Shown here: in pieces, positions 43,627 to 53,510 of the stretch
How positions within the stretch are numbered: the stretch's first letter is position 1
Layout: each line of letters opens with the position of its first letter
From: an uncultured Candidatus Saccharibacteria bacterium
GTDB lineage: Bacteria; Patescibacteriota; Saccharimonadia; Saccharimonadales; Saccharimonadaceae
DNA length: 64,000 bases
Direction of reading: 5' to 3'
Assembly (NCBI GenBank): GCA_963524145.1
Contig: CAURDO010000005.1
Location: 20,289 to 84,288 of the forward strand
The notes under the pieces: generated by a model
Seen by the model: only the letters and a program-made list of their open reading frames with translations
Told to the model about the DNA's origin: nothing
Databases searched by the model: none
Position numbers and translations under genes: made by a program

Positions 43627-44868
43627 ATGTTAGACATCAAATTTATTCGAGAAAATGCTGATTTGGTGCAAAAGTCGGCAAATGACAAGGGGTACGCGGT
43701 CGATATTGCAACAATGTTGCAATTGGATGACGAGCGCCGCGATTTGCAAAAACAAGTTGAGGCATTGCGCGAACAGCGGAATGCAATTTCAGCCAAGATG
43801 AAAGGCGGCCGCCCGGATCAGGAGCTAATCGACCAGGGAAAACAGCTGAAAATTGAGTTGGCAGAGCGTGAAGGCTACTTAAAGTCCACTGAGGAAAAAG
43901 TAGCGGCAATCCTGAAAAACGTGCCGAACATCACCTTTGACGACGTGCCGCTTGGCGGCGAGGAAGATTCGGTTGAGGTAAAGGTCTACGGCGAGCATAA
44001 AACGGGTGCCAAGGATCATTTGGATTATGCTGTTAGCCGCGGCTGGGTGGATTTTGAGCGCGGTGCGAAAGTAGCTGGCGCTAAGTTTTATTACCTTAAG
44101 GGCGACTTGGCGCTGCTGGAAAATGCCGTCACGCAATTTGCGCTGGATTATGTCATGAAACAAGGCTTTACGTTCATGACTGTGCCGCACATGGTGAATA
44201 TGCGCACGGCTGAGGGCGCTGGCTTTACGCCGAAGGGCGAGGGTAGTAATGAATACGTCGTTGAAGGCGAGGATTTGACGCTGATTGGGACGGCGGAAAT
44301 GCCGCTGACTGGCTATCACGCTGATGAAATTTTGGACGAGAAAGATTTGCCACTGCTGTATATGGGATATAGCCCGTGCTACCGTAAAGAGGCGGGAACG
44401 TACGGCAAGCACACCCGTGGATTGTTCCGAGTGCACCAATTTAATAAATTGGAAATGTACGCGTTTTGTTTGCCAGAGCAATCTAAGGAGATTCATGAAA
44501 AAATCCTCAGCGTCGAGGAAGCATTGTGGCAGCAAATTGGTATTTCGTACCACGTGGTGAATATCGCGGCGGGCGACTTGGGTGCGCCAGCTGCCAAAAA
44601 ATACGACATCGAGTACTGGTCACCGGTCGATCAGACGTACCGCGAGCTGACGAGCTGCTCGAATTGTACGGATTATCAAGCGCGCGGTTTGAATATTCGT
44701 GTGCGACGCGCGAACGGCAACATCGAGTCGGTTCACACCCTGAACGGTACGGCGGTTTCGCTGGCGCGGTCATTGGTGGTGATTTTGGAAAATTTCCAAA
44801 ACGAAGACGGCAGTTTGACAGTGCCAGAGGTGTTAAGACCGTATATGAATGGCCGTGACGTGATATAA
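43627..44868 (+). CDS. serS: Seryl-tRNA synthetase
   Basis: MLDIKFIREN, coiled-coil arm, class II motifs (FRVHQFNKLEMY, TLNGTAVSLARSLVVILEN). TATAAT (43615-43620) lies 6 nt before the ATG. Confidence 0.95.
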   Translation: MLDIKFIRENADLVQKSANDKGYAVDIATMLQLDDERRDLQKQVEALREQRNAISAKMKGGRPDQELIDQGKQLKIELAEREGYLKSTEEKVAAILKNVPNITFDDVPLGGEEDSVEVKVYGEHKTGAKDHLDYAVSRGWVDFERGAKVAGAKFYYLKGDLALLENAVTQFALDYVMKQGFTFMTVPHMVNMRTAEGAGFTPKGEGSNEYVVEGEDLTLIGTAEMPLTGYHADEILDEKDLPLLYMGYSPCYRKEAGTYGKHTRGLFRVHQFNKLEMYAFCLPEQSKEIHEKILSVEEALWQQIGISYHVVNIAAGDLGAPAAKKYDIEYWSPVDQTYRELTSCSNCTDYQARGLNIRVRRANGNIESVHTLNGTAVSLARSLVVILENFQNEDGSLTVPEVLRPYMNGRDVI

Positions 44869-44898
44869 TAAAGGACATACTAGTTAGTAGGAGGAAAA

Positions 44899-45270
44899 AT
44901 GATTAAAAATATTACCATTACTGGCGTTAAGTACGAATTGACAGACACAACGAAAAAATATGTCGAGCGAAAAATCGGCGCGCTGGGCAAGTACTTGCCG
45001 CGACATGCTCGTAAGAGTGCGACCGCTGACGTGAAGATTAAGCAGATTGACAACCCTGGCGGCAACAAGTACGAGGTTGAGGTGATTATCAACGTGCCAG
45101 ATAAGAAAATTACCGCTAAAGATTCAACAATGAACGTGCTGGCAGCGGTGGATATCGTTGAGGCGAAGTTAAACGGACAGGCGAGAAAGTATAAGGATGA
45201 TGTCTTGACGCACGTCGGCAGCAGCCGCGGGGTTTTGGCTAGGTTGAAGCGAGGTCTGGGTCGAAAGTAA
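44899..45270 (+). CDS. hpf: Ribosome hibernation promoting factor / RaiA family (short form)
   Basis: ITITGVKYELTDTTKKYVERKIGALGKYL...MNVLAAVDIVEAKLNGQARKYKD. SD aggagg upstream. Confidence 0.85.
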   Translation: MIKNITITGVKYELTDTTKKYVERKIGALGKYLPRHARKSATADVKIKQIDNPGGNKYEVEVIINVPDKKITAKDSTMNVLAAVDIVEAKLNGQARKYKDDVLTHVGSSRGVLARLKRGLGRK

Positions 45271-45291
45271 TTGTTGGCTGAAGTCGGTATG

Positions 45292-45322
45292 AAGCGCTCA
45301 CTTTCTGGGCGCTTTTTCTTTT
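45292..45322 (+). terminator. Rho-independent terminator after hpf
   Basis: aagcgc (45292-45297) / gcgctt (45309-45314), followed by tttctttt. Confidence 0.55.
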
Positions 45323-45394
45323 CAAATTGTTCAGAAAACGCTATAATAATATACAGTTTTTGAAAATGCCTGAAAGTGAGGGAGTTTTGAGTTT

Positions 45395-48025
45395 ATGGCA
45401 ATGACACAACAAAAGGCGCTGAGTAAGATTTTTGGCGATCCGCAGAAGAAGATTTTGAAGCGGCTGCAGAAGCAAGTTGACATAATTAACGGTCTGTCTG
45501 AAAAATATGAAAAGATGTCGGACAAAGAGCTGCAGGCGCAGACAGAGGCGCTGAAAAAGCGTCTGACGAAGAAAAATGTAACACTGGATACGATTTTGCC
45601 GGATGCCTTTGCGGTGGTGCGCGAGGCAGCCAAGCGTGTCATCGGCGAGCGTCCGTATGATGTTCAGTTAATCGGCGGCATGGTTCTTCATGAGGGCAAT
45701 GTGGCTGAGATGAAGACTGGCGAGGGTAAGACTTTGGTGGCGACGCTGCCGACCTATCTCAACGCACTGGAAGGCAAGGGTGTTCATGTGGTGACCGTCA
45801 ACGATTATCTGGCGCAGCGTGATGCTGGCTGGATGGGTCAGGTATATGACTTTTTGGGCTTGACGACTGGCGTGATCATTAACGAAGCATCGTTTGTTTA
45901 TGATAAAGACTATGATAACGAGCATCACGACGATCCGCGCATGCGTAAGCTCCGCCCAGTCACTCGTAAGGAAGCCTACGCGGCAGATATTACTTATGGC
46001 ACTAATAACGAGTTTGGCTTTGACTATCTACGCGACAACATGGTGAATGACGTTGACTTATTACGTCAGCGCGAGCTGAACTTTGCTATCGTTGACGAGG
46101 TGGACTCAATTCTGATTGATGAAGCGCGCACGCCGCTGATCATCTCGGCGCCAGCAGCAGAGAACCCAGATAATTACTACACGTTCGCTAAAGTTGCCAG
46201 TAAATTAGTGCCAGAGGACTATGTTTTGGACGAAAAGCGCCGCAGTGTAGCCTTGACCGACGAGGGCGTGGAAAAAGTCCAAAAACTGCTGGGTATAAAA
46301 AATTTGTACACGCCAGACCACGTGCGCAGTGTGTATCACATGGATCAGGCTCTGCGAGCACAAACATTGTTCAAGCGCGACAAAGACTACGTGGTGACTA
46401 ATGACGGCGAAGTGATCATCGTCGACGAGCACACTGGCCGTTTGATGCAAGGACGCCGTTACAACGAAGGCTTGCACCAGGCAATTGAGGCGAAAGAAGG
46501 TGTGCCAGTGCTGGAAGAAAGCATGACGCTGGCGACCATTTCGTTCCAGAATTATTTCCGTTTGTACAATAAACTTTCTGGTATGACTGGTACAGCATTT
46601 ACCGAGGCTGAAGAGTTTCAGCAAATTTATTCACTGGACGTTATCCAGATTCCGCCGAACAAGCCAGTTATTCGCGATGACAAAGAAGACCTGATTTTCA
46701 AGACCGAAAAGGGTAAGTTGAAGGCGGTGGCTGAAGCTATCAAAGATTATCACAAGCAAGGCCGGCCAGTGTTGGTTGGTTCTGGTTCGATTGCTAAGAA
46801 CGAGCAGATTGCTAAATATCTGGAAAAAGAAGGCATCAAGTTTGAGATTTTGAACGCCAAGAATAATGAGCGCGAGGCAGCTATCATTGAGAAAGCTGGT
46901 GAAAAGGGTGCGATTACCTTGGCAACGAACATTGCTGGACGTGGTACCGACATCAAGCTGGGCAAGGGTGTGAAAGAGTTAGGCGGCCTGGTGGTGATCG
47001 GTTCGGAGCGCCACGAATCACGGCGCATCGACAATCAGCTGCGCGGTCGCGGCGGTCGTCAGGGTGATCCAGGTGAGACACAGTTTTACGTATCGACCGA
47101 AGATGATTTGATGCGAATTTTCCAAGGCGAGCGTATCGCAGCGCTGATGGATCGGCTGGGCGTAGATGAAGAAACGCCAATCCAAAACCGCGCGGTGTCA
47201 AAGACGTTGGAAGCAGCCCAGAAGCGCGTCGAGGGCTACAACTTTGATACGCGCAAAAGTGTTGTTCAGTATGACAACGTGATTAATCGCCACCGCCGCG
47301 TGGTGTATGTCATGCGCCGCAAGATCCTGGAAGGCGATAACATTAAGCCGGAGATTGAACGCTTACTGCGAGCGAAAGTTCATGAATTGGCAGCGCTGCC
47401 AACTAAGAATAATCCGAAGTTTGTCGAAGATTTTACGGCAATTTTCCCAAGCGACGAAGCAAAAATTTCGAAAATTGGCAAAGAAAAGAAAGACAAGCTG
47501 CGCTATGAAAAGGCGCTGAAGCTGGCTGAGGAGACATATGCAGCGAAAGAGTCTGAAATTGGCGCGGATAATTTGCGCGGTGTGGAGCGCGAGGTTTATA
47601 TGGCAGTGCTGGATACCTTGTGGATGCAGCATTTGGAGAATATGCAGCACCTGCGCGAGGGTATTCACTGGCGCAGCGTTGGGCAGCGCGATCCGTTGGT
47701 GGAATATCGTTCGGAGTCGCAAAAATTGTTCGAAAGCTTGCAGGCTAATTTGCGCGATGAAGTTTTGACGGTCATCTTCAATATTCATGAGGCCGATGCG
47801 GTGGTGCGCCAGTCGCAAGATGATGAATACGACACGGAGTTAACGCGTTTGGCAGAGAACGCGGTGGAACGCGGCGTTAATGAACTTGGTGCAGGCGAGG
47901 AAAATCGCGACGACGATTTTTCGGTGAAAAAAGGCAAATCAAGCGCCGAATCAAACCGCGCTAAGAACCAAGCACGCAAGAAAAAGAAAGCGCAGCGCCA
48001 AAATCGCAAGAAGAATCGTAAATAA
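45395..48025 (+). CDS. secA: Preprotein translocase ATPase SecA
   Basis: MKTGEGKTLVATLP, DEVDSILIDEARTPLIIS, TNIAGRGTDIKLG. The Lys/Arg-rich C-terminus has no Cys zinc finger. Confidence 0.97.
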   Translation: MAMTQQKALSKIFGDPQKKILKRLQKQVDIINGLSEKYEKMSDKELQAQTEALKKRLTKKNVTLDTILPDAFAVVREAAKRVIGERPYDVQLIGGMVLHEGNVAEMKTGEGKTLVATLPTYLNALEGKGVHVVTVNDYLAQRDAGWMGQVYDFLGLTTGVIINEASFVYDKDYDNEHHDDPRMRKLRPVTRKEAYAADITYGTNNEFGFDYLRDNMVNDVDLLRQRELNFAIVDEVDSILIDEARTPLIISAPAAENPDNYYTFAKVASKLVPEDYVLDEKRRSVALTDEGVEKVQKLLGIKNLYTPDHVRSVYHMDQALRAQTLFKRDKDYVVTNDGEVIIVDEHTGRLMQGRRYNEGLHQAIEAKEGVPVLEESMTLATISFQNYFRLYNKLSGMTGTAFTEAEEFQQIYSLDVIQIPPNKPVIRDDKEDLIFKTEKGKLKAVAEAIKDYHKQGRPVLVGSGSIAKNEQIAKYLEKEGIKFEILNAKNNEREAAIIEKAGEKGAITLATNIAGRGTDIKLGKGVKELGGLVVIGSERHESRRIDNQLRGRGGRQGDPGETQFYVSTEDDLMRIFQGERIAALMDRLGVDEETPIQNRAVSKTLEAAQKRVEGYNFDTRKSVVQYDNVINRHRRVVYVMRRKILEGDNIKPEIERLLRAKVHELAALPTKNNPKFVEDFTAIFPSDEAKISKIGKEKKDKLRYEKALKLAEETYAAKESEIGADNLRGVEREVYMAVLDTLWMQHLENMQHLREGIHWRSVGQRDPLVEYRSESQKLFESLQANLRDEVLTVIFNIHEADAVVRQSQDDEYDTELTRLAENAVERGVNELGAGEENRDDDFSVKKGKSSAESNRAKNQARKKKKAQRQNRKKNRK

Positions 48026-48040
48026 TCAGAGAGTTGGATT

Positions 48041-49318
48041 ATGAAGCATACAGTTGAGGAAGTTAGGCTGAAGAATGGTGCGCGTGGTTTGCTGATTGAT
48101 GTTCCAGATGCCACAGTGATGAGTTTTCAGGTGCAGTTTCGGGCAGGTAATCGCTATGTCCTAGATAAAGACATCTATGAAACGGCGCATATCATGGAGC
48201 ATATGGCGTTTGGCGCTAATGAAAAATTCCGCTCAGAACATAATTATGAGCAAGAATTTACTAAAAACGGCGCTTATCATAACGCCTATACATCAGATTA
48301 TTCGATGGTTTACGAGGCAATATGTGCTGATTTTGAGTGGGACCGGATCTTAGAGCTTCAGAGACTAGCCATTACAACGCCACGCTTTAATGCTGACGAG
48401 CTGGAGGCAGAAAAGGGCAATGTTCGCTCTGAATTGACGGGTTATCTCAATAATCACAACCGCGTGATGTGGCCGCGTATTCAGCAGGTGTTAGGTGAGG
48501 ACATATTGACTTATAATCAGCGTCTGAAGACAATTGTCAATATTGAGCTTAAAGACATAAAAAATCATCACAGGCGAACACATACTTTGAAAAATATGCG
48601 ATTTGTGGTGGCTGGAAAGCTGACGGGGAGAAAAGCTGCAATTAAGGAGCAGCTTGAAGGTTGGCAGTTGGAGCCTGGTGAGAGATTTGAGATTCCACAC
48701 GATGAAGCTCATAAGGCTAATCCGGTATTGATTCGGCGCAAGGAAGCGACGAATCTGACATTTGGTTGGTCAATGATTGCACCACGAGAGTTGACCGATG
48801 AAGAATCTGATGCTATGGGCGCGCTCAATCATATTTTGACTGGTACGATGAGTTCGAAGATCTTTGGCGCAGCACGAAAGAGGGGACTAGCTTACAGTAT
48901 CTTTAGCGATACTTCAGTTGGATTTTATGATTCAGCGTGGGACTTTGGGGGGCAAGTAAACTTGGAAACAGCAGAGAAGTTGTTTGATATTATCGTTAGG
49001 GAGCTGAAGCGAGTTTTGTCTGGTACCGTTTCTGCTGAGGATCTGGAAAATGCCAAGTCGTATGCGTTGGGGCGCTACCAAATGGGCGCTCAAACTGTCG
49101 GTCAAATTAGTAATTTCTACACAAATCGCTACTTTTCTGATGACTTTGTTAAGGATTATAATGGGGTGCCAGCGGCTATTTTGGCGGTAACACCAGAGCA
49201 AATGATTGAAACGGCACGTCAATTTTTCGCAGCAAACACCTGGACACTGGCGGCGGTCAGCTCGGATGATAAAGAGCTGCTTTTGAAGTTATATGATAAG
49301 TTGAGTAAATTATTCTAA
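48041..49318 (+). CDS. M16-family (insulinase/pitrilysin-like) zinc peptidase
   Basis: Inverted zinc motif HIMEH (HxxEH) near the N-terminus. Two-lobed M16 length. Confidence 0.8.
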   Translation: MKHTVEEVRLKNGARGLLIDVPDATVMSFQVQFRAGNRYVLDKDIYETAHIMEHMAFGANEKFRSEHNYEQEFTKNGAYHNAYTSDYSMVYEAICADFEWDRILELQRLAITTPRFNADELEAEKGNVRSELTGYLNNHNRVMWPRIQQVLGEDILTYNQRLKTIVNIELKDIKNHHRRTHTLKNMRFVVAGKLTGRKAAIKEQLEGWQLEPGERFEIPHDEAHKANPVLIRRKEATNLTFGWSMIAPRELTDEESDAMGALNHILTGTMSSKIFGAARKRGLAYSIFSDTSVGFYDSAWDFGGQVNLETAEKLFDIIVRELKRVLSGTVSAEDLENAKSYALGRYQMGAQTVGQISNFYTNRYFSDDFVKDYNGVPAAILAVTPEQMIETARQFFAANTWTLAAVSSDDKELLLKLYDKLSKLF

Positions 49319-49362
49319 ACCTTTGTTGATTGACAATACTCTTCTCATGATATAATTATGAT

Positions 49363-50607
49363 ATGAAAATTGTCATTGCTGGTTATGGGGTTGAGGGGCA
49401 GTCTAGTCTGTGCTATTTTCAGAAGAAGTTTCCAAAAGCCAGTTTTCTAGTGGCGGATGAGCGAGACAGAGTTGATGGCTTACCAGACAATGTAGGATAT
49501 CAGGTGGGATTTGCTGGCCTGAATGATGCAGATTTAATCATTAGGTCTCCTAGTCTTTCGCCAGAAAAGATTAAAACCAGCGGTAAAATTTGGTCGGCGA
49601 CCAACGAGTTTTTTGACAAGTGTTCGGCGCCGATTATTGGCGTGACGGGGACGAAAGGCAAGGGTACGACCTGTAGTCTAATTGCAGCAATATTACGGCA
49701 ATCTGGCCAGACGGTGCATTTGGTGGGAAATATTGGTGTGCCGGCGCTTGATATTCTGCCAGAGATTAAAAAAAATGACATTGTCGTTTATGAATTGTCT
49801 AGTTTTCAGTTGTGGGACATAGAAAGGTCGCCACATATTGCGGTGGTACTGATGATTGAGCCGGACCATCTGAATGTTCATGCTGGTTTTGGTGATTATT
49901 TGGCAGCAAAAAGAAATATTGCTCGCTTCCAATCTCAGGAAGATTACGTTATTTATAATTCTCAGAATGATTTTAGCAGGGAAATTGCAGCCAGTAGTCC
50001 AGCTCAGAAAAAAGAATATCCATTTTATATCACAAATGATATAATTTCTGCGATACGCTTGCCAGGAAAACATAATATCGATAATGTATGCGCTGCAATA
50101 TTAGCAGCAAAAGCAATTCAGTCTGACATGACTAATGACGAGATAAAGGCTGGGCTAAGCGACTTTACGGGCCTGCCGCACCGTTTGAAATTCGTTGCTG
50201 AGAAAAACGGCGTGAAATATTACGACGATAGCATTTCAACCACGCCCGGTAGCGCTATTGCCGCTTTAAAAGCCTTCACGGAGCCAAAAATTTTGATTTT
50301 GGGCGGCTCTGACAAGGGCGCGGACTATACGGAATTAGCGCAGGAAATCGCCAGGCAGCAAATGCGAGCGGTGATTGTCAACGGCGCTAACGCCAGCGAA
50401 ATTATCGAAATTTTGCATAAAAATAAGGTTTCTTGCCAGGTTGTCCAGCTGGAAATGGCGCCGATGCCGATAGTCGTCGAAGCGGCAGTCAATCAAGCAC
50501 AGCCCGGCGATGTGGTGATTCTCAGTCCGGCCGCCGCTAGCTTCGATATGTTTAAGAGTTATAATGATCGCGGCGAGCAGTTCGTGGCGACAGTGGAGAA
50601 TCTCTAA
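49363..50607 (+). CDS. murD: UDP-N-acetylmuramoylalanine--D-glutamate ligase
   Basis: N-terminal Rossmann KIVIAGYGVEG, Mur ligase P-loop GVTGTKGKGTT, C-terminal domain. TATAAT (49351-49356) lies 6 nt before the ATG. Confidence 0.85.
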   Translation: MKIVIAGYGVEGQSSLCYFQKKFPKASFLVADERDRVDGLPDNVGYQVGFAGLNDADLIIRSPSLSPEKIKTSGKIWSATNEFFDKCSAPIIGVTGTKGKGTTCSLIAAILRQSGQTVHLVGNIGVPALDILPEIKKNDIVVYELSSFQLWDIERSPHIAVVLMIEPDHLNVHAGFGDYLAAKRNIARFQSQEDYVIYNSQNDFSREIAASSPAQKKEYPFYITNDIISAIRLPGKHNIDNVCAAILAAKAIQSDMTNDEIKAGLSDFTGLPHRLKFVAEKNGVKYYDDSISTTPGSAIAALKAFTEPKILILGGSDKGADYTELAQEIARQQMRAVIVNGANASEIIEILHKNKVSCQVVQLEMAPMPIVVEAAVNQAQPGDVVILSPAAASFDMFKSYNDRGEQFVATVENL

Positions 50608-50670
50608 TTTTGATAAATATAATCTAGCTTCCAGCGGAGAAGTGGCTTCTAAAATGATACAATAGAGTAT

Positions 50671-51762
50671 ATGCAACCGCTAAAAAAGAAAATTGAGGAA
50701 TTACAGAAAGGGATCGCGCAAGCTAAATCAGCATTGAGATTTGCTGATTTGGAGCAAAACTTGGCGGAATTGGACGAGCGGCTTAATCAGCCGGAGATTT
50801 GGCATAATCCGGACGAGGCGCAGGCCTTGGCGAAAAAGGCAGCTAGCTTGCGCCAGACAGTTGAGCCGTGGCAGACGCTCTGGGTACAGCTGGCGGATAT
50901 CGCTGAGTTGATGGAGCTGGGCGACGATGATCTACTGCCGGAGTTTGAGGCGCAGGTGGCGGCATTAGAGCAAGAATTTACCCGGCGCAAGACTGATCTA
51001 CTATTCAGCGGTCCGTACGACAACCGCGAGGCGGTGGTGCGGATTTCGGCTGGCGTAGGCGGGCTGGATGCTCAGGATTTCGCGGCCATGCTGGAGCGGA
51101 TGTATCTGCGCTGGGCGGAGAAGTCGGGGATGAAAGTCGATACGCTGGAGCGCTCGACCAATGATGATGCCGGGATAAAGACGGCGGTGCTGGAGATTTC
51201 TGGGCCGTTTGCCTATGGAAAATTACGCTCAGAAAATGGCGTGCATCGGCTGGTGCGCCTCAGTCCGTTTAATGCTGATAATTTGCGCCAGACTAGTTTC
51301 GCGCTGGTGGAGGTGCTGCCAAAGATTGATACGCCGGATGAAATTTCGATTGACCCGAGTGATCTGAGGATTGATGTGTATCGCTCGGGCGGTAAGGGCG
51401 GCCAGGGTGTGAATACCACTGACTCGGCGGTGCGGGTGACGCACGTGCCGACGGGAATCACCGTGGCAATCCAGAATGAGCGCTCGCAGATTCAGAATAA
51501 AGAAACGGCGCTGAAGATTTTGCGCTCCAAGTTGCTGGCGATGAAGCTGGAGCAGCACGCTGAAACGCTGTCTGACCTCAGGGCTGGCGAGTCGGCCAAC
51601 TGGGGTAGCCAGATTAGAAATTATGTCCTGCACCCATATACACTGGTCAAGGATACCCGCACCAAGCACGAAAATCGCAACGCCCAAGGGGTGCTGGATG
51701 GCGATATTGATGAATTTATTACAGCTTATCTAGAGCAGAACACCAATTCTCAAAATATTTAG
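50671..51762 (+). CDS. prfB: Peptide chain release factor 2 (single uninterrupted ORF, no programmed frameshift)
   Basis: SPF tripeptide (RLSPFNADNLRQTSFA), [24 protein letters not shown]. TGaTACAAT lies 7 nt before the ATG. Confidence 0.95.
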   Translation: MQPLKKKIEELQKGIAQAKSALRFADLEQNLAELDERLNQPEIWHNPDEAQALAKKAASLRQTVEPWQTLWVQLADIAELMELGDDDLLPEFEAQVAALEQEFTRRKTDLLFSGPYDNREAVVRISAGVGGLDAQDFAAMLERMYLRWAEKSGMKVDTLERSTNDDAGIKTAVLEISGPFAYGKLRSENGVHRLVRLSPFNADNLRQTSFALVEVLPKIDTPDEISIDPSDLRIDVYRSGGKGGQGVNTTDSAVRVTHVPTGITVAIQNERSQIQNKETALKILRSKLLAMKLEQHAETLSDLRAGESANWGSQIRNYVLHPYTLVKDTRTKHENRNAQGVLDGDIDEFITAYLEQNTNSQNI

Positions 51763-51783
51763 CTTATGGTATAATACTAATTG

Positions 51784-52467
51784 ATGATTCTGTTAGATAG
51801 GGTTACGAAGAATTACGGGAAAAGTAATAAGCCAGCATTAAACCGAGCCAGTATTCACGTCGGTGCAGGTGAATTTGTGATTATCGTTGGTACGTCTGGC
51901 GCCGGTAAATCGACGTTGTTAAAACTCCTGACGCGCGAGGAAAAGCCGAGTTCAGGGAAGATTGTGGTTGGCGGTATTGATTATGACAATTTGAAAGACA
52001 AGCACATTCCGTTGCTGCGTCGTAAGATTGGTGTGGTGTTTCAGGATTTTAAGCTGCTACCGAATCGGACGGTGTTTGAGAATATTGCGTTCGCGCTGGA
52101 AATTGCCGGGATGACTAATCGGGAAATTAGGGCGACTGTACCGAAGGTGATTGAATTGGTTGGTTTAAAGGGTAAAGAAAAACAATTTCCACATCAGCTT
52201 TCTGGCGGAGAGCGTCAGCGAGTGGCGATTGCTAGGGCGGTTGTTCGTCAGCCGAAGATTCTAATTGCCGACGAGCCGACTGGAAACTTGGACCCAAAGC
52301 ACAGTTGGGATATTGTGCGCTTGCTCGAAAAAATTAATAAATACGGTACGACGGTTATTTTGACGACGCACAACGTGGAAATTGTTAATCGACTGAAGCG
52401 GCGTGTTATTACTATTGATCACGGTAAAATTACCTCTGACCAGGCAAGGGGGAGCTACAAACAATGA
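51784..52467 (+). CDS. ftsE: Cell division ATP-binding protein FtsE
   Basis: [42 protein letters not shown] 51784 (or TTG 51781) lies just downstream of TGgTATAAT (51767-51775). Confidence 0.93.
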   Translation: MILLDRVTKNYGKSNKPALNRASIHVGAGEFVIIVGTSGAGKSTLLKLLTREEKPSSGKIVVGGIDYDNLKDKHIPLLRRKIGVVFQDFKLLPNRTVFENIAFALEIAGMTNREIRATVPKVIELVGLKGKEKQFPHQLSGGERQRVAIARAVVRQPKILIADEPTGNLDPKHSWDIVRLLEKINKYGTTVILTTHNVEIVNRLKRRVITIDHGKITSDQARGSYKQ

Positions 52468-53465
52468 CAAAATCCACCAGCACTAGTAAAAAAACTAATA
52501 AAAGCAATAAAGATAGTATTCGTATACGTCAGCGCCGGCGCGGCTGGTTGACGTTTGTTAGGATGTGTCGATACGGCATAAACAACTTCAGTCGTAACGC
52601 TTGGTTGACTATCGCGGCTACTGCAGTGATGAGTGTTACGTTAATTATCGTTTTCATTACCTTATCAGCGCGGCAAATTTTGGTTGATACTGTGTCGAAT
52701 GTTTCCAGGCGGGCTGATATGTCAATTTACCTTAAGGGTGACACACCAAAGAAAGATGTTAATACGATAAAATCGCGGATTGAAAAACTGGATAATGTTG
52801 ATAGCGTGAAATATATATCGGCAGCAGAAGCGCGAGATAAACAAGCAGAACAGTACAAAGACGACCCAGAGGCGCTGGAGGCTATTCGTGAGTCTAGTAA
52901 TGAAATGTCAGCAACGCTTCGAGTTTCTGTAAAGGAGCTGAATAATCAACAATCATTAAACCAGTTTATTAAGTCAGATAATCTTTATAAAAAATATAAG
53001 GATCTACGCAGAGAGCCGTCTTTCTCTGGTGAGCGTCAGCAGGCAATTAAGACTGTTGGTAGTTGGGTGCGGTTGGCGGGTATTGGCGGTTCAATTGCGA
53101 CAATTGTTTTTGTGGTGATTTCTTCACTGGTGGTCTTCAATACTATCCGTATGGCAATTTTTAATCGGAAGGCCGAAATTGAGATGATGAAATTGATTGG
53201 GGCAGAACGCAGCTTTATCAGAGGTCCGTTTATTGTAGAGGCAATAATGTACGGGTTTATTGCGGCAATTATTGCAACAGTAGCTGGATATAGTTTGCTG
53301 TTCTTTGCGCACGATCCAATGCTAAAGTATGGAATTCCGGTCGATAATCTTCTAGGGCATTTAACGATGTATGGCGGGCTGGTTTTCCTAGCGATGATTA
53401 TGGTCGGCGCGACGATTGGTGTCGTTTCATCATGGGTGGCAACTCGTAAATATCTTAAATTATAA
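52464..53465 (+). CDS. ftsX: Cell division permease-like protein FtsX
   Basis: ATGA overlap with ftsE. Basic N-terminus, TM1, extracellular domain, three C-terminal TM helices with EIEMMKLIGA. Confidence 0.88.
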   Translation: MTKSTSTSKKTNKSNKDSIRIRQRRRGWLTFVRMCRYGINNFSRNAWLTIAATAVMSVTLIIVFITLSARQILVDTVSNVSRRADMSIYLKGDTPKKDVNTIKSRIEKLDNVDSVKYISAAEARDKQAEQYKDDPEALEAIRESSNEMSATLRVSVKELNNQQSLNQFIKSDNLYKKYKDLRREPSFSGERQQAIKTVGSWVRLAGIGGSIATIVFVVISSLVVFNTIRMAIFNRKAEIEMMKLIGAERSFIRGPFIVEAIMYGFIAAIIATVAGYSLLFFAHDPMLKYGIPVDNLLGHLTMYGGLVFLAMIMVGATIGVVSSWVATRKYLKL

Positions 53466-53474
53466 AAAATCTTC

Positions 53475-53504
53475 TTGACAGGCGGATTTCGCTTATGCTA
53501 AACT
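53475..53504 (+). promoter_or_regulatory. Sigma70-type promoter (TTGACA-18-TAAACT) for the CHAP hydrolase gene
   Basis: TTGACA at 53475-53480 and TAAACT at 53499-53504, with the ATG 6 nt downstream. Confidence 0.55.
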
Positions 53505-53510
53505 GGTAGT

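Noticed and set aside
44549-44558. 10-bp palindrome ACCACGTGGT, considered as a possible parS site.
   Set aside because: It lies inside serS. It lacks the flanking GTT/AAC arms of the TGTTNCACGTGNAACA consensus. I found no convincing parS anywhere near parAB by eye.
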